NCBI GenBank assembly: GCA_021846665.1 | Contig: JAJZWM010000004.1 | Location: 1-53,570, forward strand | Length of the DNA: 53,570 bases | Direction: 5' to 3' | DNA from: Nanobdellota archaeon | Lineage (GTDB): Archaea; Nanobdellota; Nanobdellia; Parvarchaeales; Parvarchaeaceae | Shown: one piece after another, positions 39,940 to 50,205 of the stretch | How positions within the stretch are numbered: the first letter of the stretch is position 1 | Layout of the letters: the number at the start of each line of letters is the position of its first letter | Notes under the pieces: model-generated | The model's input: the letters and a program-made list of their open reading frames with translations, nothing else | Told to the model about the DNA's origin: nothing | Databases searched by the model: none | Made by a program: the position numbers and the translations under genes

Positions 39940-41655
39940 ATGAGATCACCAATATGCGCTTTTTTAGGACATGTAGATGCAGGCAAAACTAGTATAATGG
40001 ATGCCATAAGAGATACAATGAATGCATATAAAGAAACTGGCGGTCTTACCCAGAATATAGGTTCAACAGAAGTCCCGACGGATAGAATAAAAGAGATAGC
40101 TAGTGATTTGCTTTCTAAGTTTAATATAAACATAAAAGTCCCTAGTATAATCTTTATTGATTCTCCAGGACACGAAGCATTTGTTACATTGAGAAAAAGA
40201 GGAGCATCAATAGCAGATATAGCAATATTAACAGTAGATATAACAGAGGGTATACAAAATCAAACGATAGAATCTATCGAAATCCTGAAATCTTACAAAA
40301 CGCCTTTTTTGATAGCTCTTACTAAGATAGATACAATAAGGGGTTTTTATAAAATAGAAAATAGCTCATTTTTGGATTTTATAGGAAAGCAAAATCAGGA
40401 TTATACTCAGAGGCTGGATGAAAAGACATATAATATTATCTCTGATTTTTTAAATTATGGTTTCGAAGCAGAGAGATATGATAGAATAAAAGATTTTACA
40501 AAGCAGATAGCGGTAATCCCTTTATCATCTGTGAATGGGATTGGAATAAAAGATTTGATCGTTATGATAATTGGATTAAGTCAAAGATATCTTGAACTTG
40601 AAAAACAGGAATTAAACAGCGCAGCAATATTAGAGGAAAAGAATGTAAAAGGACTAGGAAAAGTATATGATGCAATAGTTTATTCTGGAAAGATATCAGT
40701 GGGGGATTCAGTAATAGTGCAAACTCAAGACGGAATTTCTGAAAATAAGATAAAGAGCATAATGCGTCTTATACCTTTAGAAGAAAGCAGGGAGAATTTT
40801 GGCAAGTACGAAAGCCTATCATCAATCGAAGCAACTGCTCCTATAAGGCTAACACTAAGAGAACCAAATGCAATGATAGGTACTTCTATAATCGTTTTTT
40901 CTTCTGAGGAAGAGAAGAAGAAAATAATAGAAGAACTAAACGCAGAAAATGTTGGGCAGAACAATGATGAAAGCAGGGGTTTAGTCGTTTGTGCTGATTC
41001 AATAGGCAGTATTGACGCTATAAAAAACATAGCAAGTTCTTTTGGGATAGAAATTGGTAAAACAAAAATAGGTGAGCCTTCAAAGGCAGATATAATGACA
41101 GCAGAAGTAAATGGCGGCGCGCTAATCTGTTTTAATGTTCCAATTTCAAAGCAGACTGAAAGCATAGCAGAAGAATATAGTGTAAAAATAATCAGTGCCA
41201 ATTCAATATATACATTATTTGATAGTTACAATGAATTTGAAAGAGAGCTAAAGAATATGAACTTAGAGAAGAAACTGGAAAGACTTAAACTTCCTTCAAA
41301 GTTTGTGTTCATAAAGGGAAATATCTTTCGTCGTTCAAGTCCTTGTGTATTCGGGGTTGAAGTGCTGGCAGGAGAGATACGACCTAGTTACCCAATTATA
41401 AATTTAAAAGGAGAAAGGATTGGCAGGATTATTGAGATAGAATCTGATAAAATAAAGCGCAGTAAAGCAGTAAAAGGGGAAAAAGTTGCAATCAGTATAG
41501 ATGATGCAGTTTATGGGAGAAATATAATGGAAGGAGATATTCTTTATACTGACATAAGTATGGCTGATGTGATGAAGTTTGATGATATATCCGCAGAACT
41601 TACAGATGATTACAGGGAAGTATTATCAGAGATAAGAAAGATAAAAGGGATCTAA
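39940..41655 (+). CDS. infB: Translation initiation factor aIF5B (IF-2)
   Basis: RSPI...GHVDAGKT, GGLTQNIG, DSPGHEAF..LRKRG, TKID. Confidence 0.96.
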   Translation: MRSPICAFLGHVDAGKTSIMDAIRDTMNAYKETGGLTQNIGSTEVPTDRIKEIASDLLSKFNINIKVPSIIFIDSPGHEAFVTLRKRGASIADIAILTVDITEGIQNQTIESIEILKSYKTPFLIALTKIDTIRGFYKIENSSFLDFIGKQNQDYTQRLDEKTYNIISDFLNYGFEAERYDRIKDFTKQIAVIPLSSVNGIGIKDLIVMIIGLSQRYLELEKQELNSAAILEEKNVKGLGKVYDAIVYSGKISVGDSVIVQTQDGISENKIKSIMRLIPLEESRENFGKYESLSSIEATAPIRLTLREPNAMIGTSIIVFSSEEEKKKIIEELNAENVGQNNDESRGLVVCADSIGSIDAIKNIASSFGIEIGKTKIGEPSKADIMTAEVNGGALICFNVPISKQTESIAEEYSVKIISANSIYTLFDSYNEFERELKNMNLEKKLERLKLPSKFVFIKGNIFRRSSPCVFGVEVLAGEIRPSYPIINLKGERIGRIIEIESDKIKRSKAVKGEKVAISIDDAVYGRNIMEGDILYTDISMADVMKFDDISAELTDDYREVLSEIRKIKGI

Positions 41656-42473
41656 GGCCAATTTTTAATTGCTTTTTCATATAAGTCCATATTATCGCAT
41701 GGTAGCCATTTCCCTGCATAAATAAAACCGTCAATTACTCTTTTGTCTGCAACTTTTTCGAATGTATTTGATATGTTTGATTCTCCCTGAGGTATAAAGC
41801 TAAGAAATGCTGGATTGATTACATAGATCCCCGCATTAACAAGGTGTGATACTTGTTCAGTTTTTGGTTTTTCTATAAATTTTACTATCTTATTACCTTC
41901 CATTTCAACTACTCCGAATTGAGAAACATAATCCTGAGATACTAATGCAATTGTTGCCATCGCTTTATCTTTCTTATGGAATTCATACATTTTATTTAGA
42001 TCAAAATCAAACAAATTATCGCCGTTTAGAACGATGAAGTCATCATGGAAAATATTTTGGTTCTTTTTTATTGCTCCACCCGTACCCATAGGAGTAGTCT
42101 CTTCCGAATATCTTATTCTTACTCCAAATTTGCTACCATCTCCAAAATATTCTTTAATTTTGCTTCCAAGGTATCCTATTGATATTATTATGTCTATGAA
42201 TTCGGATTTTTTAAGTTGTTCAATTATATGTTCGAGTATCGGCCTTCCATTAACTGGCATCATTGGCTTTGGTATCTCATATGTAAGTGGTCTTAATCTA
42301 GTACCTGAACCACCTGCCAGTATCAAGGCCATCTTATTTCTATTTGGCTCGAAATGCTCTTTTATTAATCGTTCTATTGCTATTGACCTATTTGGTACGT
42401 TTACTCCGTCTATAGTTTTGTCTATTTTCTCAAGTGTTTTTTCGTTTATAGTTATTGTTATTCTTTTCTTCAT
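41652..42473 (-). CDS. Sugar-phosphate nucleotidyltransferase fused to an N-terminal ribbon-helix-helix domain
   Basis: KRITITI...NRSIAIE (RHH); LILAGGSGTRLRPLT..PKPM, LNGD, FIEKP. Confidence 0.88.
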   Translation of the reverse strand: MKKRITITINEKTLEKIDKTIDGVNVPNRSIAIERLIKEHFEPNRNKMALILAGGSGTRLRPLTYEIPKPMMPVNGRPILEHIIEQLKKSEFIDIIISIGYLGSKIKEYFGDGSKFGVRIRYSEETTPMGTGGAIKKNQNIFHDDFIVLNGDNLFDFDLNKMYEFHKKDKAMATIALVSQDYVSQFGVVEMEGNKIVKFIEKPKTEQVSHLVNAGIYVINPAFLSFIPQGESNISNTFEKVADKRVIDGFIYAGKWLPCDNMDLYEKAIKNWP

Positions 42474-42491
42474 ATAAAGTATTACTTTATA

Positions 42492-43640
42492 TTATTTATA
42501 AGTCTTCTCTAAAATCAAGGACATAGTGTTTTTCAAGTTTCTCATAAATCTTTTTTCATCATATCTTGTTGATTTTTCTGCGCCTTTCTTCAATTTTATA
42601 TAAAGCTTTTTTTCAAGTATTCTGTTTAGGGCATTTGCTATGCTATTCTCATCGGCGTTTACAAGTAGGCCATTCTCTTTATCTTTTATAAACTCTTTTG
42701 GCCCTCCCTCATTTACTGATATAACCGGCTTTTCGTAAGCAAGTGATTCTAATGGGGTAAAACCTGTATCCTCATTTATTGCAAGGAATAATGTAGCGTA
42801 GCATTTCTTATAAAGGTCAGTAAGCTCTTTCTCAGAAAGGTTTTCCTTTACTATTACATTTTTTGTTTCGAGTTTTTTTAGGCTTTCAAAGTATTCTCTG
42901 TCTTCTACAAAGCCACCTAAAATCAATTTAAAACCATTTTTAGGTAAGTTGGAAAGATTGAATGCTTTTATTGCAAGTTCCTGTCTTTTATATCTTATGA
43001 ACCTACTTGGATAAAAGATTATTTTTTCTGTTTTATCAGTTTTCTTTGTTTTTGGATAATTTACATAAGGGCCAAGATTGAATATCTTATCGCTGCCAAT
43101 TAGCCCATAATTTATAAGCCTATTCTTGACTTCATTGCTGAAAACTATTGCGTAATCTACTCTTTTCCATGCAGATTTTTCCAGTAACTTATAGAATGAA
43201 ACTATTAAAGGTAGGAATATCCTGTTTTTTAAGCTCTGTTTTTTGTAATATTCATACATAGTATGGGCAACTCTCAAAGGAGTATGGCACATGGCAACAG
43301 TGTTTTTATGTCTATTCCTGAATGTTATTAATTCCGCTATTCCTGCAGTTGAAATCATGAATATGTCATAATACTCTAAGTTAGGTATTTTCGTAAGCAG
43401 AAGTGATTTAAACAGACTGGCTCCTCTTCCTATAAATCCCTTAGGCTCAGCATTTCCAAGTAATTTTACATTGTACTTTTCAAAGTCATTAAAAGTATTT
43501 TTTTTGTCATAGAAAAACGTGAAAATATCACTTTCATAGTCTTTGTCTTCCAGAACCTTAAGGATTGCTCTTTCTACTCCCCCCTTACTTTTTATCCATG
43601 GCACAAATATTGCCATTTTAATTTTGTCGTTATGTACCAT
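42492..43640 (-). CDS. GT-B glycosyltransferase (GT4-like)
   Basis: GGVER, SRF..YKR, EDTGFTPLES, GGPKE...NGLL. Confidence 0.9.
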   Translation of the reverse strand: MVHNDKIKMAIFVPWIKSKGGVERAILKVLEDKDYESDIFTFFYDKKNTFNDFEKYNVKLLGNAEPKGFIGRGASLFKSLLLTKIPNLEYYDIFMISTAGIAELITFRNRHKNTVAMCHTPLRVAHTMYEYYKKQSLKNRIFLPLIVSFYKLLEKSAWKRVDYAIVFSNEVKNRLINYGLIGSDKIFNLGPYVNYPKTKKTDKTEKIIFYPSRFIRYKRQELAIKAFNLSNLPKNGFKLILGGFVEDREYFESLKKLETKNVIVKENLSEKELTDLYKKCYATLFLAINEDTGFTPLESLAYEKPVISVNEGGPKEFIKDKENGLLVNADENSIANALNRILEKKLYIKLKKGAEKSTRYDEKRFMRNLKNTMSLILEKTYK

Positions 43641-43677
43641 TCAATATTTAATACTTAAAAGACCAATATTAATATTT

Positions 43678-44358
43678 ATGTCATATAGAAAAAAAGGACA
43701 GTATTCAGTAGAATATGCAATAATAATGGGAATAGGCATAAGTATTATCGCTGCATTTTTACTTTATGTCGCACTTTTTTATGGTTCATTTGCTGTTGGT
43801 TCAGCAGCAAGTCAGATAACTACAGTATCGGATAGTCTTTCTAATGAAATCAGCTACGTTACTTCGCAGGGCCCAGGATCTGTGCAAGCATTCCCCATAA
43901 CTATACCTCTAATTGAGCCAAAGTATTCTTTTTTCTGTGGAAATATAATAAAATTGCAGACTACAACTGAGTTAGGCGTGTCTAAGTCAATTGAAAATGT
44001 ATCTGGAATGCTCCCTTTATCAGGGGGTACATTTGACGCATTTGCCAGAGATGAAAACGGTAGTGCAGTAATAGGCCTTGATTTTTCAATAGCTTTAATC
44101 CAATTTACTTATTCTACTTCTTCAAATACTCTGTCTTATTCACTGTCTTTTTATAATTACTCTAATGACTTAACACCAGCTAAATTTAATTTAAGCCTCT
44201 TTTCCGCAGGTGGGGCATATTTACAGAGCATTACAGGTTCTACAACATCTGGTAAAGCTACAGGCACATTATCTTTGCCTTCTCCAAATCTGTATATTGT
44301 TGAAGTGTATCCATCTGGGGCTGGAGATTATTATTCTACTTGTATAAGTGTTCCATGA
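43678..44358 (+). CDS. Class III signal peptide (type IV pilin-like) surface protein; start corrected to 43678
   Basis: MSYRKKG|QYSVEY followed by a hydrophobic helix; S/T-rich; N-glycosylation sequons NVS, NGS, NYS. Confidence 0.85.
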   Translation: MSYRKKGQYSVEYAIIMGIGISIIAAFLLYVALFYGSFAVGSAASQITTVSDSLSNEISYVTSQGPGSVQAFPITIPLIEPKYSFFCGNIIKLQTTTELGVSKSIENVSGMLPLSGGTFDAFARDENGSAVIGLDFSIALIQFTYSTSSNTLSYSLSFYNYSNDLTPAKFNLSLFSAGGAYLQSITGSTTSGKATGTLSLPSPNLYIVEVYPSGAGDYYSTCISVP

Positions 44359-44467
44359 TTAATAACATTAAAGAATAGAAACTACTTTGTTAATAAGTAA
44401 TCAGGATTTACTTTCTATTTATATAAGTATTAATAGTCACAGCTTTTGTTAATTTATACTATTAGAT

Positions 44468-44698
44468 ATGGTACAAAAAAACAGTATTATCTGGCCAAAA
44501 TGGAGGATTAAACTTTTAAAACGACTGGATTTAACTCTTATTCTATTTGAATTTGTTTTAAGTATAATATTTATCTCATTTTCATATATAGTAGAAAACA
44601 TATACTTTAAAGGCATAGGTATTGGTTTGTTAATTGCATGGGTAACGAGTGCAATAGCATATATATTCAAAAAGAAGGCTCCGAAAAGTGCTTATTAA
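44468..44698 (+). CDS. Small two-TM membrane protein
   Basis: Two hydrophobic helices, GIGIGLLIAWVTSAIAY. Confidence 0.6.
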   Translation: MVQKNSIIWPKWRIKLLKRLDLTLILFEFVLSIIFISFSYIVENIYFKGIGIGLLIAWVTSAIAYIFKKKAPKSAY

Positions 44699-44721
44699 TT
44701 AAATCCTGAAAAAGACTAAAA

Positions 44722-44736
44722 CGAAAGCTTTAAATA
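44722..44736 (+). promoter_or_regulatory. BRE-TATA promoter of tfb
   Basis: CGAAAG-CTTTAAATA ends about 28 nt before the ATG. Confidence 0.6.
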
Positions 44737-44764
44737 CTAGTTACTACCATACTATATAAATCTT

Positions 44765-45688
44765 ATGAAAGTAGTAACAAGTAAGTATAATGTTAAATGT
44801 CCTTCCTGTGGCAGCGATGCAGTTATCTATGATAAGACGACTGGGGAGTTAGTCTGTCAGAAATGCGGGTATGTAATAGAGAGTGATACAATAGATTATG
44901 GGAGGGAATGGCGTTCTTTTGAAGATGAGAGAGACGAAGGAAAAGGAAGAATGGGTTCTCCATTAAGTTACGCAAAATATGATAAAGGTACAAGTACTGT
45001 AATAGGAAAGGCTAGTGAATCAATAAAGCTATCAAATGCTAATAGAAGAACTTTTTATAAATTAAGGAAATGGCAGCCAAGGATATCCACTGCATATGAA
45101 AGAAATTTAAAGTTTGCACTCACAGAGCTAAGACATGCTAGTAACCGTTTACACGTTTCAAATATAATACAGGAAGAAGCAGCTAAAATGTATAGGGAAG
45201 CAATAACAAGAAGATTAGTTAGGGGCAGATCAATGGAAAGTGTTATTGCTGGAGCTCTTTACGCTGCCGCAAGAAAGCATAATAGACCTATAACTTTAGA
45301 TGAGATATCAGATACTTTTGAGGTAGAAAGAAAAGAAGTAGGAAAAGCGTACAGATTACTTTGCAGAGAGTTAGGAATAAAAATACTTCCAACATCACCA
45401 AGTGATTATATCTATAAATTTGCTTCAGAATTAGGTGTTTCAAATAAAACTGTTTCTGATGCGGTTAAACTGCTTAAAGAGGCAGAAGATAAAGGACTTA
45501 CCAGTGGTAAGGGCCCAATGGGTATAGCAGCTGCAGTACTTTACGTTGCGACTTTAATAAACAAAGAAAAGAAGACGCAAAGGGATGCCGCAAAGGCCGC
45601 AGGTATAACAGAGGTAACGATAAGAAACAGATACAAAGAGCTTTACAGAGTTTTAAATCTAAAAGAAAGATTTAAGATAGACGATTAA
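44765..45688 (+). CDS. tfb: Transcription initiation factor IIB
   Basis: CPSC/CQKC Zn ribbon, EWRSF B-reader, two cyclin repeats, TEVTIRNRYKEL. Confidence 0.97.
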   Translation: MKVVTSKYNVKCPSCGSDAVIYDKTTGELVCQKCGYVIESDTIDYGREWRSFEDERDEGKGRMGSPLSYAKYDKGTSTVIGKASESIKLSNANRRTFYKLRKWQPRISTAYERNLKFALTELRHASNRLHVSNIIQEEAAKMYREAITRRLVRGRSMESVIAGALYAAARKHNRPITLDEISDTFEVERKEVGKAYRLLCRELGIKILPTSPSDYIYKFASELGVSNKTVSDAVKLLKEAEDKGLTSGKGPMGIAAAVLYVATLINKEKKTQRDAAKAAGITEVTIRNRYKELYRVLNLKERFKIDD

Positions 45689-45737
45689 GACAATAAAATA
45701 AAACATTATTAAGTATACATGTGCCTTTCTTATAAGT

Positions 45738-46805
45738 ATGGATTTATTTGAAGAAGGCAAAGTTAAGTTTTTTGCAGAGGATAAGCAGCTAAAAAAAGCA
45801 GAGGTATTTTTTAATCCAAAAAGAAAATTTGATAGAGACCTGAATGTTCTTCTTGTTAGCTCCTTAATGAATAAGAATTTATCAGGTTTAGAGTTATTTT
45901 CTGGTAGCGGGGTACGTGGTTTAAGGCTGTGTATTGAAACAGGAAAGTTTTCATCATTTGTCTTTAATGATATAAAATCCAGCGAAATTGTTGAGAAAAA
46001 TATAGAGATAAACAAGAGAAAACTTTCAAAAGTGGATAAAAAAGTAACCAACTTTGATGCAGTTTCATTTGAATCCGGCAAAAAATATGATTATATAGAT
46101 ATAGATCCATTTGGTTCTCCCGTTTTTTATCTTAATTCAGCATTTAAATTGTTAAAGAAAGGAGGTGTACTTGCTGTAAGCGCAACAGATACCGCTGCAC
46201 TTATGGGCAGTGCACAGAAAGCATGTATACGTAAATATGGGTCAGTTTCTCTTAAGACTGCATATAGTAATGAATTAGGAATAAGGATACTTATAAAGAA
46301 AGTGATAGAAGAAGCGGAAATTCATTCAATTAAGCTTCTTCCATTACTGTTTAACTTTGAAGGTAATTTTTTGAGAGTATATTTTAAGTCAATTGCTTAT
46401 AACACAAAAGAAAAGATTGGGTACGCATACCAATGTAGCAAGTGCCCCTCGAGACAGATAAAAAAGGAAATAAAATGCAGTTATTGCGGTTCTAGATTTT
46501 ACAGAATAGGGAAGTTATGGCTTGGGCCGATATATAGCAAAAAATATATAGTAAAAATGCTTTCTGTGTTAAATGGAAAGGATCTATCTTTTCCTGCTGA
46601 TTCCGTTCTAAAAGTATCGAATTATCTTACTAAACTTTCAAATGAATTAGATGTTTTTTCTTACTATACTACTAGTCAGATATCCTCCTTTTTAAAACAG
46701 CCAGAATTGAGCATATCAAGATTTAAGGATAAAACAATTCTATCTCCAAAAGGCTTTAGAATAGCAGTCAGTTTCTCTGATTTTTTGAATAATAATCTAA
46801 AATGA
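45738..46805 (+). CDS. trm1: tRNA (guanine26-N2) dimethyltransferase
   Basis: VFFNP...RD, SGSGVRGLR, IDIDPFGSP, SATDTA.L.G, GKLWLGP. Confidence 0.93.
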   Translation: MDLFEEGKVKFFAEDKQLKKAEVFFNPKRKFDRDLNVLLVSSLMNKNLSGLELFSGSGVRGLRLCIETGKFSSFVFNDIKSSEIVEKNIEINKRKLSKVDKKVTNFDAVSFESGKKYDYIDIDPFGSPVFYLNSAFKLLKKGGVLAVSATDTAALMGSAQKACIRKYGSVSLKTAYSNELGIRILIKKVIEEAEIHSIKLLPLLFNFEGNFLRVYFKSIAYNTKEKIGYAYQCSKCPSRQIKKEIKCSYCGSRFYRIGKLWLGPIYSKKYIVKMLSVLNGKDLSFPADSVLKVSNYLTKLSNELDVFSYYTTSQISSFLKQPELSISRFKDKTILSPKGFRIAVSFSDFLNNNLK

Positions 46806-47057
46806 TTAATAGAGCTTTATATCCTGATTCATTGCTTGGCCAGGTAAACCTCTTCTGAATCTTATTATTACCTTTCCGTTACCGCCATGCGCCTTTACTA
46901 TTACTCCTTTTATTGATGATTTAGAGAATGCAATCTCAACTTTTTTGCCGATAAACTTCTTAGCTTCTTCTCTGCTGTTTACCTTTTCTATACTAGCGAT
47001 TGCTTGATTTACTTTCTGTGTTTTTCTTCCTCTTCTATAAGATAACAATTTTGCCAT
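46806..47057 (-). CDS. rpl35ae: 50S ribosomal protein eL33 (L35Ae)
   Basis: SYRRGRKTQ, AHG..GKV..RF...LPGQA. Confidence 0.93.
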   Translation of the reverse strand: MAKLLSYRRGRKTQKVNQAIASIEKVNSREEAKKFIGKKVEIAFSKSSIKGVIVKAHGGNGKVIIRFRRGLPGQAMNQDIKLY

Positions 47058-47058
47058 A

Positions 47059-48144
47059 TTACTCCTCCTTCTGCATGTATTTATCCTTTATTTCTTTGTC
47101 CGTTTGCTTTAATAAATCTTTGTCTATTATCGGTTTTGTTTCTCCTTTCTTTTCTCTAAGCTTTTCTATTATAGAAGTTATTTTCTCTACAAGGTATTTG
47201 CTATCTTTAAGTTTTTTATCGAAATCTTCTCCAGTAATTTCTTTCACTTCTCCATGGTCTATTCTTTTGAACCATTTTACTATTTCATCTACTTTTTCTA
47301 TATCCTCATGTGAAAGCACTTTTTCCTTTGCAACTGCTATATCTTCAAGTTCCTTTGCAACCTGCTTTGGCACAGGAGGTAAGTAGCCGTATTCCATAAG
47401 TAGAGCCTGACCAGCTGCTACTACTGAATTATAAATGTCTAAACTTAGCTTTGTTGTTAATACGTTTTCAGCAAGCATTAACAATCCTTCTGCGTTTTCC
47501 ACATTTGCATTTATCGATTCTACTGTGGGTATTATATTTCCAGTTTTGTAAAGCATCTGTATCGGAACAAAGAAACCAGTATCATAAACTGCTACTCCAT
47601 CCCTTAAAAGAGTAAGGATAACAGGGTTTGGTTTAATTATCGAAGCCCAAAATTCTGATAATGGATACGCTTGTGCGTGTATTTTATCCGAAAAATCTCT
47701 TGCTATTTCAGCCATCTTTGCGAATAGTCTATCTTTTAATTGTTCAAGTGTAAATTTCTGTATATCAGTGTCATCTACTATGAATGCAACATCTATATCA
47801 GAGGTACTTGTAATACCTGTTTTTGTCTTCGAACTTCCAAATATGACGATCGATTTTATATATTTTCTAAAAAGGCTTAACACTCTTAAAAAGTATGCTC
47901 TTATGGAATTTGCATCTTTTGAGGGTAGAACTTTATCTAAAACATTAAAGGATAATCCCGCAAGCTGTCCAGGAGGCTCTACTGACTCGGCATTTTCGCC
48001 CTCTCCTACTTCTAAGCCTATAAAGGATCCCATATAATCTACTCTCTCATTGAGTTCATCTATTTTTGATGATAGTGCGTCTATTGTCGAAAAAAGCTTA
48101 TTCAAAGTCGCTTCTATCGGATTTATGTTTTCTGTTTGATGCAT
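47059..48144 (-). CDS. Nucleotidyltransferase (MNT)-HEPN-like fusion with an N-terminal coiled coil
   Basis: IVIFGS...SDIDVAFIVDD; helical C-domain YNSVV.AGQALLM..G..PP.PK and KRIDHG. Confidence 0.8.
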   Translation of the reverse strand: MHQTENINPIEATLNKLFSTIDALSSKIDELNERVDYMGSFIGLEVGEGENAESVEPPGQLAGLSFNVLDKVLPSKDANSIRAYFLRVLSLFRKYIKSIVIFGSSKTKTGITSTSDIDVAFIVDDTDIQKFTLEQLKDRLFAKMAEIARDFSDKIHAQAYPLSEFWASIIKPNPVILTLLRDGVAVYDTGFFVPIQMLYKTGNIIPTVESINANVENAEGLLMLAENVLTTKLSLDIYNSVVAAGQALLMEYGYLPPVPKQVAKELEDIAVAKEKVLSHEDIEKVDEIVKWFKRIDHGEVKEITGEDFDKKLKDSKYLVEKITSIIEKLREKKGETKPIIDKDLLKQTDKEIKDKYMQKEE

Positions 48145-48301
48145 AGTACCTCCATTTATGTCTTTATGAATCTACTTATTTATAAGTCTTTGCTAGATTT
48201 TATAATATCTGTCTTTTGAATCTATTCCACAATAAATATTTTTTCCTTTTAAATGTATAATTTGTATAACAATATTTAAATTAGTAGATATAATAAAGCT
48301 T

Positions 48302-50029
48302 ATGAAGATACAAGAGGTAAGCGAAATCGCAAAGAAATTAAAAGGATCACAAACCGATCTTAATACTGTAAATAGCTGGATAAACGAGCTTGAAGCTAGG
48401 GCTTCAGGAACCGAATCTCATTACAGAGGAGAGATAGACTTTAGGTATGTATCTGGGGAGGAAATACCTAATCCTGGGTTTGTAGGCAATCCCTCCGGTT
48501 ATCAGTTTACAAGAGATATACTAAAAAGATATCATTTCCAGCCTGAATACTATTCAGTTACACAGATGTTTGCTGCTCTTGGGTATAAAAGCCTTAGAAC
48601 TTCAGAAACAATAGATCCTTCTGCTGTTTCAAGCTTGATGAATATGGTTTTCGAAAAAAGGAAAAACCTGCAGGATAGAGTAATGCAACTTCTTGGAAAT
48701 ATAAACACCGTTTTAAAGTCAATTATAGCAATAATCTATGAGCTTAAAGAGCTTGATAGGAATCTTTATTTATATGTAGAATTAAAGGATAATGACAAAG
48801 AGAAAGCTGAAGCAGCTGAGCTTGCACTTAAAAGGGTATTCTTAGACAATGTTGATTCAAGGAAAGGGGGGGCAAGCCTTTCAGCGCTTTCAAGATCTCC
48901 TACACAGAGTCAAGGTGGCCCTGGCTTCATAGATATAATGTCTGTTTTTTATCAGGTTAAAAGTCTAAAAGATGTCCAGAATATAGAAAGAAATGAACAA
49001 TATAAAAACATACTAAAAAACAGGTATATAGAATATGAGAAGTGGAAGGAAATAAACGGTAATGATCTTAAGAATAGAAAGAGTCTACTGCTTCAGTACC
49101 TTAAAAGCCAGATGGGCTCATTTAATCTTTACGTTGACTGGTGCTCTACTGATCTTTCGCTGCTTTCAAAAATTGGGCTAGATACAGCTAAAAAAGCAGA
49201 AGCATATCTTAAAGGTACGGGTAAACCAGACATATTTGAGAATGAGCTCTTCAAAGTAACAATCGTCGGCTATAAACCCGTATATTCGGGGGAGTACAAT
49301 GCAGAATACACACGATTATTCAAGAGTAATGGGCCTGAAGTAATTATAAAGGCGGAACCAAAAAGCATAGCCGGAAATATGATTTCAAGAGGCTATGAAG
49401 AACAGAACAGATCCTTTATTTATAATAAAGTTAAAAAATATGGGCCTCTTGTCATTGCTGCAATTAAAGTACAAATGGACTTTAAGGAAAAGCCGAGCAA
49501 AGAGCAGATTCAGCCGCCATATGAGGGTACTTTATATTTCCGCGGTTACCCTTATTGCTTTACGCCAGAAGAGTTTTATCTTTATAAAGAGGCACAGACA
49601 GCGAAGATACAGAAAACGGTCTTTGCATCCGTAGATCAGGTAATTTTTAGTTCTCTTAACATAATAAAAGAGGATCTTGACAAATATGTTAAAGAAGCGG
49701 ATGAGGAAGAAAAGAAGAAAAAAGAGAAAAAACCTCAAAAGGAATATGCTTTCATGGATATTTACAGAGCATTCAAGGATGACTTTACAGGGATTTCAAA
49801 GTCCTTCTCAACAATCTCCTCCATCGAAAAACATAAGACAAACTTCTCAGAAGAACAGGCAGAGATATATGAGATGCTTATTAATGCGAAAAGTTTTTCG
49901 GCAGCAAGCATTAAAAATGCAGTTGAGCTAGGCCTATTTGTATCGAATAATGAGACTAACTATATATATGATGAATTAAAAAGAAGAGGTGGCCTACTAA
50001 ACTGGAAATCTCGTTTTTCGGTGAATTAA
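48302..50029 (+). CDS. Large hypothetical protein (575 aa), mostly helical, no obvious TM
   Basis: Long clean ORF with LKRVFLDNVD.RKG...F.D / ILKNRYIEY.KW...YLKSQ..SFNLY..W block; first gene of a coupled five-gene cluster. Confidence 0.85.
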   Translation: MKIQEVSEIAKKLKGSQTDLNTVNSWINELEARASGTESHYRGEIDFRYVSGEEIPNPGFVGNPSGYQFTRDILKRYHFQPEYYSVTQMFAALGYKSLRTSETIDPSAVSSLMNMVFEKRKNLQDRVMQLLGNINTVLKSIIAIIYELKELDRNLYLYVELKDNDKEKAEAAELALKRVFLDNVDSRKGGASLSALSRSPTQSQGGPGFIDIMSVFYQVKSLKDVQNIERNEQYKNILKNRYIEYEKWKEINGNDLKNRKSLLLQYLKSQMGSFNLYVDWCSTDLSLLSKIGLDTAKKAEAYLKGTGKPDIFENELFKVTIVGYKPVYSGEYNAEYTRLFKSNGPEVIIKAEPKSIAGNMISRGYEEQNRSFIYNKVKKYGPLVIAAIKVQMDFKEKPSKEQIQPPYEGTLYFRGYPYCFTPEEFYLYKEAQTAKIQKTVFASVDQVIFSSLNIIKEDLDKYVKEADEEEKKKKEKKPQKEYAFMDIYRAFKDDFTGISKSFSTISSIEKHKTNFSEEQAEIYEMLINAKSFSAASIKNAVELGLFVSNNETNYIYDELKRRGGLLNWKSRFSVN

Positions 50030-50031
50030 TT

Positions 50032-50205
50032 ATGAACAGCAAGGGACAGATGCCAATAACAGAAATAATAGCTATAATACTAGCGATAATAGTTTTGTTT
50101 GCAGGTATAGTAATAGGTTTAATATTTACAGGAGCGGGATCAACAATAGCAAAAGACATGACAAGTGTTTTTTCATTTAGTTGGCTTTACGGTAAGGGTA
50201 TATGA
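50032..50205 (+). CDS. Micro-pilin-like protein 1 (57 aa, class III signal; not in the ORF track)
   Basis: MNSKG|QMPITEIIAIILAIIVLFAGIVIGLIFTGAGSTIAKDMTSVFSFSWLYGKGI; starts 2 nt after the upstream stop. Confidence 0.8.
   Translation: MNSKGQMPITEIIAIILAIIVLFAGIVIGLIFTGAGSTIAKDMTSVFSFSWLYGKGI

Noticed and set aside
43543-43677. Longer start for the pilin-like ORF
   Set aside because: Overlaps the divergent GT4 gene and would bury the class III signal, which starts at 43678
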